A stretch of DNA of 64,000 bases, taken from positions 62,001 through 126,000 of the forward strand of contig JBEKTZ010000006.1 of the NCBI GenBank assembly GCA_049515535.1, written 5' to 3'. The DNA is from Candidatus Aminicenantales bacterium. GTDB taxonomy: Bacteria; Acidobacteriota; Aminicenantia; Aminicenantales; UBA4085. The notes under the pieces are model-generated. The model saw nothing but the letters and a program-made list of their open reading frames with translations. It was not told the DNA's origin and did no database searches. Within the stretch, counting starts at the first letter, position 1; the number at the start of each line of letters is the position of its first letter. Of this stretch, positions 9,472 to 17,420 are shown piece by piece. The position numbers were made by a program, and so were the translations under genes.

Positions 9472-10824
9472 ATGATCGTTGAGGATAAGGGCACACCCGC
9501 GGCCGGAGTGTTCACGGTCGCTGCCATTCTCGTTTTTCTATTGCCCCTCGGTTGGAAAGCGCTCATCGCCCAGGACTCGATTGTCCCTCGCGTCTGGATC
9601 GATCGAGTCGTGGTTGCGGGAAACAAGATCACGGCTCAGGATGTCATTCTGCGGGAAATCCCCTTCAGCTTTCCCGCGGTTTTGGACGCAAACGATCTGA
9701 AGCTCATCGAGAACCGGGTCCAGAACCTGCGGCTTTTCAATCGGGTCGAACTCCGCGTTGACGAGCGCGAAGGCCAGAATGTTCTCACGGTCCTCGTCAC
9801 CGAGAGCTGGTATATTTTCCCCGCGCCCGTCTTTTTCTTCGGTGAGCGCGATTGGAGCAAAATCAGCTATGGCCTTGAGCTGACCGACAACAATTTCCGG
9901 GGCCGCGATGAGAAGCTCCGCGTCGGGGGCTGGCTTGGATACAACCCCTCCTATTCCCTTAATTATTCCATCCCTTGGATTGGCGAGCGACAGCGCCTGA
10001 TGCTCGGGGTGAGTATTTCCCAGGGGCAGACAGATAACAAGATCTTTGGCTTCCAGGAAGACAGGCTGGCGTTCAACCTGAGAGTTGGCAAACGGCTCTC
10101 CCTTAAGCTCGAGACGGACGTGCAATTTTCCCTCACCCGCGTCAAGCTGCCCCCCGAGTACCAGTCATTTTCCGCCTCCGGACTGGGGCAAGACATCGTC
10201 CCCAGTTTGTCCTGGCAGATCCAATGGGAAAACCGAGATTTGACCGAGTATCCCAGGAAGGGGACTTATCTAGCCGTCAACGTCCAGAGAACGGGCCTCG
10301 CGAAGGGCCAGCCCGATTATTGGCGGATGACATTCGACGGCCGATTTTATGAGCCGGTCCTCGGCTCGGTATCTTTGGCCGTCCGGCAGCTTTTCATCCT
10401 CAATAACGGGAACATGCCCGTCTATGCCCGGGTCTTCCTAGGGTTCAACGAACGCATTCGTGGCTATTACAACCTGATCCTGCCCGATCCTGCGCGCTAT
10501 GCTGACTATCAGAGCTATAACATCTCCTTAACCAGCTTGGAATTCCGCTTCCCGATCCTGCCTGTCCGCTATTTCTCGATCGAGAACGGGCCGCTTATCC
10601 CGAGCTTGTTCCGAAACCTGAAATTCGGTCTCAGCGCCGGTTTTTTCGTGGACAACGGGATCGTCTGGAGAAACGCCGGGGACATCCGTCTAAACGATTT
10701 CTACATAGGCTACGGGTTTGGGATCCACATTCACCTGCCCTACATCAACGTATTGCGCATCGAATATGCGCTCAACAAATTGGGACGGGGCCAGCTTATT
10801 TTCGATACGGGCGTCAGTTTCTAA
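9472..10824 (+). CDS. Omp85 (BamA/TamA) family outer membrane protein with one POTRA domain
   Basis: GNKIT..VILREI POTRA, NFRG, IRGY loop motif, C-terminal Phe. Confidence 0.85.
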   Translation: MIVEDKGTPAAGVFTVAAILVFLLPLGWKALIAQDSIVPRVWIDRVVVAGNKITAQDVILREIPFSFPAVLDANDLKLIENRVQNLRLFNRVELRVDEREGQNVLTVLVTESWYIFPAPVFFFGERDWSKISYGLELTDNNFRGRDEKLRVGGWLGYNPSYSLNYSIPWIGERQRLMLGVSISQGQTDNKIFGFQEDRLAFNLRVGKRLSLKLETDVQFSLTRVKLPPEYQSFSASGLGQDIVPSLSWQIQWENRDLTEYPRKGTYLAVNVQRTGLAKGQPDYWRMTFDGRFYEPVLGSVSLAVRQLFILNNGNMPVYARVFLGFNERIRGYYNLILPDPARYADYQSYNISLTSLEFRFPILPVRYFSIENGPLIPSLFRNLKFGLSAGFFVDNGIVWRNAGDIRLNDFYIGYGFGIHIHLPYINVLRIEYALNKLGRGQLIFDTGVSF

Positions 10825-10834
10825 AGATAAAATC

Positions 10835-10916
10835 GGAGACACAATACTCATTTCCTATTTCCGGGAGTGCTGGGGTGAGCAGAATTAGGGAATTAGGTAT
10901 TGTGTCTCCCAATTAC
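10835..10916. repeat. REP-like imperfect inverted repeat (GGAGACACAATAC...GTATTGTGTCTCC)
   Basis: 13-bp perfect arms extending imperfectly to ~27 bp; 10899-10916 is identical to 13204-13221. Confidence 0.7.
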
Positions 10917-10919
10917 CCC

Positions 10920-11084
10920 TTAAAGGCCGAGCAGGATCAAGACGCCGGCGGCGATGGCCAGGATCTCCATGATCAGCGTGGATTGGCTAAATTGCACTTT
11001 GAGCACCGGGATCAGCCCGTACAGGACGAGCCAGATGCCCAACAAGATCATTCCCACACTCTTCGTCACCTTGATTTTGGCCAT
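10920..11084 (-). CDS. Small two-helix membrane protein (54 aa), not in the ORF track
   Basis: AAGGAG RBS; MAKIKVTKSVGMILLGIWLVLYGLIPVLKVQFSQSTLIMEILAIAAGVLILLGL*. Confidence 0.75.
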   Translation of the reverse strand: MAKIKVTKSVGMILLGIWLVLYGLIPVLKVQFSQSTLIMEILAIAAGVLILLGL

Positions 11085-11361
11085 TTTTTCACTCCTTGAA
11101 AAAAGTACCTAAGGCCCTGGGGACGCCCTTCGTCCCTTATTTTGGCAGTTTATCATGCGACAATGGCAATAGCAAGCGAGCCTTTTCGGTGTGGGCTAAC
11201 CTCAGCCCAAGCGTGGGGGGACCAAACAGACAGCCTTGAGGACCACCGGGCTGGCGAGGATCAAGGGCCTTGCATGCTCTTCCGCTGCAGCTTATTGCGG
11301 CGATTGACATCGCCGCACGCAGGAAGTATCTTACAAATTGAAATCCTAAAGGAGGAATAAC

Positions 11362-11541
11362 ATGAAATCTGGCACGCAGGACCAGGCGGAAGGCAAGTTA
11401 CACAAAGCAAAGGGTAAGCTCAAGGAGATCGCCGGGAAACTTAGCGATAATCCAAAGTTGGAAGCTGAAGGTACCGATGAAAAGATAGCCGGCAAAGTTC
11501 AGGAAAAGATCGGTCAGGTCAAGAAGGTTTTGGGGAAGTAG
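11362..11541 (+). CDS. CsbD family general stress protein (59 aa), not in the ORF track
   Basis: AAGGAGG RBS; MKSGTQDQAEGKLHKAKGKLKEIAGKLSDNPKLEAEG... Confidence 0.9.
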   Translation: MKSGTQDQAEGKLHKAKGKLKEIAGKLSDNPKLEAEGTDEKIAGKVQEKIGQVKKVLGK

Positions 11542-11724
11542 GGAGAGCGGCGTATGCCGCCGGAGCGGGACCGTAACCGGGCCGTCATCCGAAGCGTGCC
11601 TTGTCTCGAAGGGAGCCACCGACAAGATTTCATCCTTCAAAATCGCGTATAAGTAAGACTGGCCCCCGTCTAATAGCGCTCCGCTTTCTCATCGGCCGCC
11701 TTCATGCCGGCCGGTTCCGCCGGT

Positions 11725-12810
11725 CTATCTCCTCCGTCCCCCTCCGCCGCGGGATGAGCCGCCGGACCGGGAACCGGAAAATCCCGGGAATGACCTCCCC
11801 CCCTGGCCGGCGAACGAGCGGGGCGCGATCGATCGCAGCGAGCCCGATCGGATAGTTCCCGATGCCGTCCGGGAGCCTGCGGAATTCGATGACGGCCGAA
11901 TGGCCCGCGTCGGAATCCTCGACGGATAGATGCCGGTGGCGGAATTCCCCGTGGACGAACCGGGCCTGAGCACGCGGTTCGACCCCCCTTCGAGTCCCCG
12001 CGGCCGCCGGATATCATCTCTCCGCATCACCCGATCGCCGGGGCGTCCGCCGCGGAAATACGCGCCGGCGTAGAATCCCCCGAAATACGAACCATAACCG
12101 TAGAACCCGGGATTCCCGAACCAGAACGGATTCCAGCCGAAGTACCAGGACGGCCAGGAATAATAAGACCACAGGTACGAATTCCAATAGGACCAATAGG
12201 GATAGAACCCTCCATACAAGTCAAGCGGCGATCCGGGCCAGAACGGGGAGAACGCCCCGCCATAGAACCAGGGCGATCGATAGCGCCCGGCCTCCGGCTC
12301 GCTCGAGGTCAGCGCCTCGTCGCGGCTCCGGCTCCAGCCGTCAAAGTCGTCTACGACCCGGGGGTTCTTGAAGATTTTCGTCTTGTTCTGGTCGATATCG
12401 ATCCGGACCAGCCCTTTGTCCTGGAAGAGGTCTTCTTCCTGGGCGCTCCGGACCTTGACGGCTTGGTCTTTCAGATGAAGATAGAGGCTTCCCTCCCACA
12501 GGCTTAGTGTGGCGGAGTCCTTTTGGATGTCGGTGAACACGACTCGCGTATTATAGTCGAGCCGGATCCAATTCCCTTCGCCGATCTCGATCTCGACCCG
12601 GCCTTTCTGCGTATTAAGCTCGTCGCCCGGCTTGACAGCCATATCGGCCTCGGCCTTTTCGAAATTCTGGAAGAAGGCCCGGCCTTCCACATGGGTAATC
12701 CAAGCGGCCGCCTCGACGCGGTCGGAAGCGGGTTTCTCCTGGCCCAGGAGCAGGGCGGGAACGAGGGCCATCATCGCGAAACATGGGATTAGGAATCGTC
12801 TAAGGCTCAT
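11725..12810 (-). CDS. Secreted FecR-like domain protein with aromatic-rich segment and Arg/Gly/Ser-rich tail
   Basis: GDELNT.GRVEI...IRLDYNT, LWEGSLY FecR-type motifs; AAGGAGG RBS; signal peptide. Confidence 0.7.
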   Translation of the reverse strand: MSLRRFLIPCFAMMALVPALLLGQEKPASDRVEAAAWITHVEGRAFFQNFEKAEADMAVKPGDELNTQKGRVEIEIGEGNWIRLDYNTRVVFTDIQKDSATLSLWEGSLYLHLKDQAVKVRSAQEEDLFQDKGLVRIDIDQNKTKIFKNPRVVDDFDGWSRSRDEALTSSEPEAGRYRSPWFYGGAFSPFWPGSPLDLYGGFYPYWSYWNSYLWSYYSWPSWYFGWNPFWFGNPGFYGYGSYFGGFYAGAYFRGGRPGDRVMRRDDIRRPRGLEGGSNRVLRPGSSTGNSATGIYPSRIPTRAIRPSSNSAGSRTASGTIRSGSLRSIAPRSFAGQGGRSFPGFSGSRSGGSSRGGGGRRR

Positions 12811-13028
12811 ATCATCCTCCTTGCAGGATGTCGGGAAACCGCGCCCTTTGACCGGACCGGACTCCCGGCATGATCCTTCCTTATTATTATATCACAATTC
12901 TAGCACAAGTCTCGGCTTTCGATGACGCGCCGCCGGATACCGCGTCAACAATTTTCTTTCCTAGAAAACCATTTCTTTGTGCAAAATTGCGATAATAAGG
13001 CTTCCTCAAAAGATCTTATTTAAAGCTA

Positions 13029-13144
13029 ACGAGCGGTTGATAAGTCCTATGGCTCGCCATATGGAACCGCGCCGTTTTGTACCCTAGAGTACAAAACGGT
13101 GTGCCCGTTGGAAGGGGGAAACGCGAAGCGGGTTCCCCCTCCAA
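13029..13144. repeat. Intergenic cluster of three hairpins
   Basis: CGAGC..GCTCG; GCGCCGTTTTGTAC/GTACAAAACGGTGT; TTGGAAGGGGGAA..TTCCCCCTCCAA. Confidence 0.6.
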
Positions 13145-13191
13145 ATTGACTCCCATTATTCCTGCAAATATTTTCGTATAATTTTCTTGAT

Positions 13192-13221
13192 GGGACACTA
13201 CTGATTGTGTCTCCCAATTAC
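13192..13221. repeat. Short copy of the GGAGACAC/GTGTCTCC REP-like element
   Basis: GGGACAC..GTGTCTCC hairpin; 18 bp identical to 10899-10916. Confidence 0.6.
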
Positions 13222-13293
13222 AATAAAAGCAGCGGTCAAGACCGGTCGTTTTCCAGTTTGACTTTGCCGCGCGGCAGGGGTAATCTCGGTCCA

Positions 13294-13662
13294 ATGAAAC
13301 CGAAGTACCGCCGCATGTTGCGGGGGATGAAGGCTCAAGAGGAACATACATCGCCGGCCGCGGGAGCCGTCTGGTCCCTCTACATCCTGAAATGCGGCGA
13401 CAGGTCCCTTTACACCGGTGTGACCATCGATGTAGACCGCCGGCTCCGGGAGCACCAGCAGGGCACGGCCTCCCGCTACACCCGGACCCGGCGCCCCTTG
13501 GTTCTGGCCTATCGGGAGGAGTGCGGCAGCCGGTCCCAGGCCTTGTCGCGCGAGTGTGCCGTCAAGTCCCTGAACCGGCAGCGCAAGAATGAGCTCATCT
13601 TGACTTCCCCCGGGGCTCTGGTTTATAAGGATCTCGCGCAACAAAAGGAGCCTGGACCATGA
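13294..13662 (+). CDS. GIY-YIG nuclease family protein (UPF0213-like)
   Basis: WSLYILKCGDRSLYTGVT.D..RRL.EH..G.ASRYTR, ALSRE..VK; start uncertain. Confidence 0.85.
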   Translation: MKPKYRRMLRGMKAQEEHTSPAAGAVWSLYILKCGDRSLYTGVTIDVDRRLREHQQGTASRYTRTRRPLVLAYREECGSRSQALSRECAVKSLNRQRKNELILTSPGALVYKDLAQQKEPGP

Positions 13663-16367
13663 TCGGCCAAAGTCTCCTGCATTATCGCATCCTCGAAAAA
13701 ATCGGAGAGGGCGGGATGGGGGAGGTTTACCGGGCCGAGGACCTGCGCCTTCACCGCCAGGTGGCCGTCAAAGTGCTCCCCGACCTCTTTGCCGCGGATC
13801 CAGAACGGCTGGCCCGGTTCGAGCGAGAAGCCAAGCTCCTGGCGGCGCTCAGCCATGCGAACATAGCCGCGATCTACGGCTTGGAGGAGGCTGAGGGCAA
13901 GCGCTTCCTCATCCTCGAACTGGTCGAAGGGGAGACGCTGGCCGAGCGGCTGGGGCGAGGTCCGCTTCCGGTCGATGAGGCGCTCGAGGTCTGTCGCCAG
14001 GTCGCGGAGGGCCTCGAGGCCGCGCACGAGAAGAGCATCGTCCACCGCGACTTGAAGCCCTCGAACATCAAGCTCACGCCCGAGGGGAAGGTCAAGATCC
14101 TGGATTTCGGGCTGGCCAGGGCGTTTCTAGATAAGTCGCCGGTCGGAGTTATTGCCGGCTCGCCGACGATCACGGCCGCGATGACCCAGCCGGGAATTAT
14201 CCTCGGGACGGCGGCCTACATGAGCCCGGAGCAGGCAAAGTGAAAGCAGGCCGATAAGCGTGCGGACATCTGGGCCTTCGGCTGCATCCTTTTCGAATGC
14301 CTGACCGGGAAAACCGCCTTTCCCGGGGAGACGATTACCGAGGTCCTCGCGTCGGTGCTCAAGGGCGAGCCGGACTGGGACGCGTTGCCGAAGGATTTGC
14401 CGGCGAATGTGAGCGCCGTCCTGCACCGCTGCCTTCAGAAAGACCGGAACCTGCGCTTCCATGAGATCGCCGACGCCCGGATCGAGCTGTTCGAAGCTCC
14501 CCTTGCGCCGCTAACGATAGAAACAGCTCGGCGTTTCCCTTGGATCTGGGTGATCGCAGTCGGCGTAGTCATCCTGCTCGCTGGCGTTCTAATCGGGCGA
14601 CTCGTCTTGAAGTCCCCCGCTATTACGCCACATACCGTTCTTTCAAAGACGACGATCAAGGTCGAACCCGGATACTCGCTCGACGGAATGCGAAGAGCCG
14701 CGGAATTCCTCTGGCCGACCCTAACGGCCATGGATATTTCGCATGACGGCCGCTTTATCGTTTATTGCGCGGTCAAGGACGACGGTTCGTCCACACCGAC
14801 GCCCGGGCTCTTTCTACGAAGACTCGATGAATTGGAGGCCAAACCAATCCGCGGGACCGAAGGCGGCATTTGTCCCGTCCTATCTCCCGACGACAAGTGG
14901 GTTTGTTTTTATTTAGAGAAAAAGCTCAGAAAGGTGCCCATCGAAGGCGGAGTCCCGCAGGATATTTGCGAATTGCCCAACGTGCCACATGGAATTGCTT
15001 GGGGCCCGAAGGGATTCTTGTATTTTGCCCAATCCCGCATCCTCGGCCTTTTTCGCGTTTCCGCCGCCGGAGGGACGCCGGAGGCGCTGACGCATCCCGA
15101 CCCGAAGAGGAAGGAATTCGATCACCGCCTTCCTTATCCTCTCCCGAATGACAAAGGGCTCTTGTTCACGATCATGGCCCACGAAGCCGATAACCGGCCA
15201 TCGGTCGCGGTGATGGACTTCGCTACCCGCGCCTGGAAGGTCCTTTTCGAAGACGGATCGGACGCCCGCTATGTCTCGACCGGCCATCTGGTCTTCCTGC
15301 GCCAGGGAAAGCTCATGGCCGCGCCGTTTAGCCTCGATAAGCTCGAGGCGAACGGGCAGCCAGTCCCCGTCATCGATACGGTCATGCATGCAATTAATGC
15401 GTCGTTGGTGACCTCTAATACCGGGGCCGGCCAATTCGGTATCTCGCCGTCGGGGAGCTTGATTTATGCGCCGGGCGGCTTCTTCCCCTTTGAAAACAAT
15501 TCCTTGGTCTGGGTTGACCGGAACGGCCGAGCCGATCGGGTCGGGTTTTTGACCGGTTCCTTCACGAGCGCGCGGATTTCGCCGGACGGCAAGAAGATCG
15601 CATATGCCTCCCAAAAGCATCTCTGGATCTACGACCTTGAGCGAGGCGTTCCCGAGCGGCTGACCTCCTCGGGAAGCGTCACCTTCACGATCTGGTCGCC
15701 CGACGGAAAGCGGATTGTCTTCGGATTCCGCGAATTCGGCCCCGGGAATCTCTTCTGGATGCCCATCGACGGCAGTACCGGTATGGAGAAGCTTCGGACG
15801 AGCGAATTCATGGATTGGCCCGGGTCGTGGTCTCCCGACGGCGAGATATTCGCTTTTGTCGAGGTGAGACAAAGCCTAGATATCTTTCTGCTTCATATCA
15901 AAGATAAAAGCGCTACCCCATTTGCGGCGACAAGCGCTAATGAAAGCCACGCCGAGTTTTCGCCGGATGGAAAATGGCTCGCTTATCTGTCCGACGAGCT
16001 CGGGGCGACGGAAGTCTTCGTTCGGGCATTATCGGGTGGCAGGGCATATCGGATTTCTCTCGAAGGTGGGATAGAACCGCTTTGGGCGAAAAGCGGAAAA
16101 CGGATCTATTTCCGGAACGGCGCTCGCATGTTTGCGGTCGATATCCTAAGGACGGAACCCGATTTTGCCGTCTCCAAGCCGCGGCTGTTGTTCGAGCAGG
16201 CCGGCTATGCTTCCGCGTCTCCAGCAAGATCTTTCGACATGACGCAGGACGAGCAGCGATTTCTGATGATCAAACGGGAGGAAAGGAAGCCTCAGCCTGT
16301 CACCGAGATGATCCTCATCCAAAACTGGTTCGAGGAGCTTAACCGCCTCTGCCCGGCAAAAAAATAG
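13659..16367 (+). pseudogene. Ser/Thr protein kinase-TM-PD40/TolB-like beta-propeller, interrupted by an in-frame TGA at 14241-14243
   Basis: HRDLKPSN, DFG, YMSPEQAK*KQADKRADIW; the 13659 and 14355 ORFs are in the same frame. Confidence 0.85.
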
Positions 16368-16446
16368 AACGCCCCTCTTTTTTTTCAAAGGCTCGGGGAA
16401 TGACGCTTTCTCGCGGTCTAAAGCGTTATTATCAATTGCCGTGCCC

Positions 16447-16586
16447 GTCAAGGGACGAGCCAAAGGCTCGCCACTCGCCCGTGTCAACTATCGACGGGCG
16501 AGTACTGCGGAATTGGACTCCCAAGCAAAGCCTGGGGCCCCCATCCGCCGTGGATCCCCGGGTAAAGCCCGGGGCCCTGGCCGCCG
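16447..16586 (+). repeat. Multi-hairpin dispersed repeat, copy 1 (last hairpin module duplicated)
   Basis: Aligns with 39473-39575; starts GTCAAGGGACGAGCC. Confidence 0.8.
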
Positions 16587-16609
16587 TGAACCAAAAAAAT
16601 GTGATGAAC

Positions 16610-16638
16610 TTGACATTAATAAGCTGATAGCATATATT
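16610..16638 (+). promoter_or_regulatory. sigma70-type promoter of the TA operon
   Basis: TTGACA-17 bp-TATATT. Confidence 0.7.
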
Positions 16639-16655
16639 ATATGACGGAGTATGAA

Positions 16656-16883
16656 ATGGTAAGAAAAACTGTCATGATTGAAACGGATTTGGCCAATGAT
16701 ATCGACCTTTTCGCCAGAAAAGAGGACCGGGATTTTTCTGGAGCCCTGCGATATGCAGCCCGGATAGGCCTATTGGCCATCGAGAACCCCGAGTTCACGG
16801 TCCAGGAGATCAAGGATATCCTGGAAGCCAAGGCTGAGTTCGAAAAAGGAAAAATGACGGAACTCGATGTTCGGACGATTTGA
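16656..16883 (+). CDS. ParD-like antitoxin
   Basis: Small protein with IGLLAIENPEF..QEIKDILEAKAE motif directly upstream of a toxin; GGAG RBS favours ATG 16656. Confidence 0.7.
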   Translation: MVRKTVMIETDLANDIDLFARKEDRDFSGALRYAARIGLLAIENPEFTVQEIKDILEAKAEFEKGKMTELDVRTI

Positions 16884-17141
16884 ATGCGGCTCCTCGAAAC
16901 TCCGAAGTTCCAGAAGCTCCGGAAGAAGCTAAAGGAAGAAGACGAGAGAGGCGCGCTCAGGGAAGCGGTTCTTTACATACTTGAAAATCCGGAATCCGGG
17001 AAAAAGCTCAAGGGAGAGTTTCGGAACCTGCGTTCGTTCCGTTATTCGGCTAAAGGACGGGCCCGCCGCTTGATTTACAGGCACGAAAAAGATTCTATCG
17101 TCCTTTTCTCCTTCGGTCCGCGGCAGGGAATCTATACGTAA
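16884..17141 (+). CDS. Type II toxin, RelE/ParE family
   Basis: Basic 85 aa; TPKFQK..KKL, NPESGKKLKG, RLIY, FGPR. Confidence 0.85.
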   Translation: MRLLETPKFQKLRKKLKEEDERGALREAVLYILENPESGKKLKGEFRNLRSFRYSAKGRARRLIYRHEKDSIVLFSFGPRQGIYT

Positions 17142-17420
17142 TCAAAGAACGGTTTAGCTGAGAAATCTCCTTGCTAGCCAAAGGCGCGGCGCAAATCCCG
17201 CAAAACCGGGTATCCTGGGTATTGTTAAAGCGGTATTTGGGAAACTGCATGCCCGCCGGCCTCCTTCACGGCCATCATCGTTCTCGTTGACATCGATCAG
17301 CAGCCGGGAATATCCTTTGCTCGTGAAGGGCGCCAACGATTCTGATCTCAGCGGGGGGATAAATCCCAGGTCCGGCAAAAGGAAATTCCTTTCGCTCGCG
17401 CAACAAAAGGGGCCTGAATC

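Noticed and set aside
13294..13662. GIY-YIG as a homing endonuclease or intron marker
   Set aside because: It is a short stand-alone UPF0213-type protein, with no DNA-binding extension and no interrupted host gene.
14241..14243. TGA read as Gly (genetic code 25) or as selenocysteine
   Set aside because: Many genes here end in TGA at the expected place, with ATGA start/stop overlaps. The position is Gly rather than Cys in the paralog and no SECIS-like hairpin was recognised.
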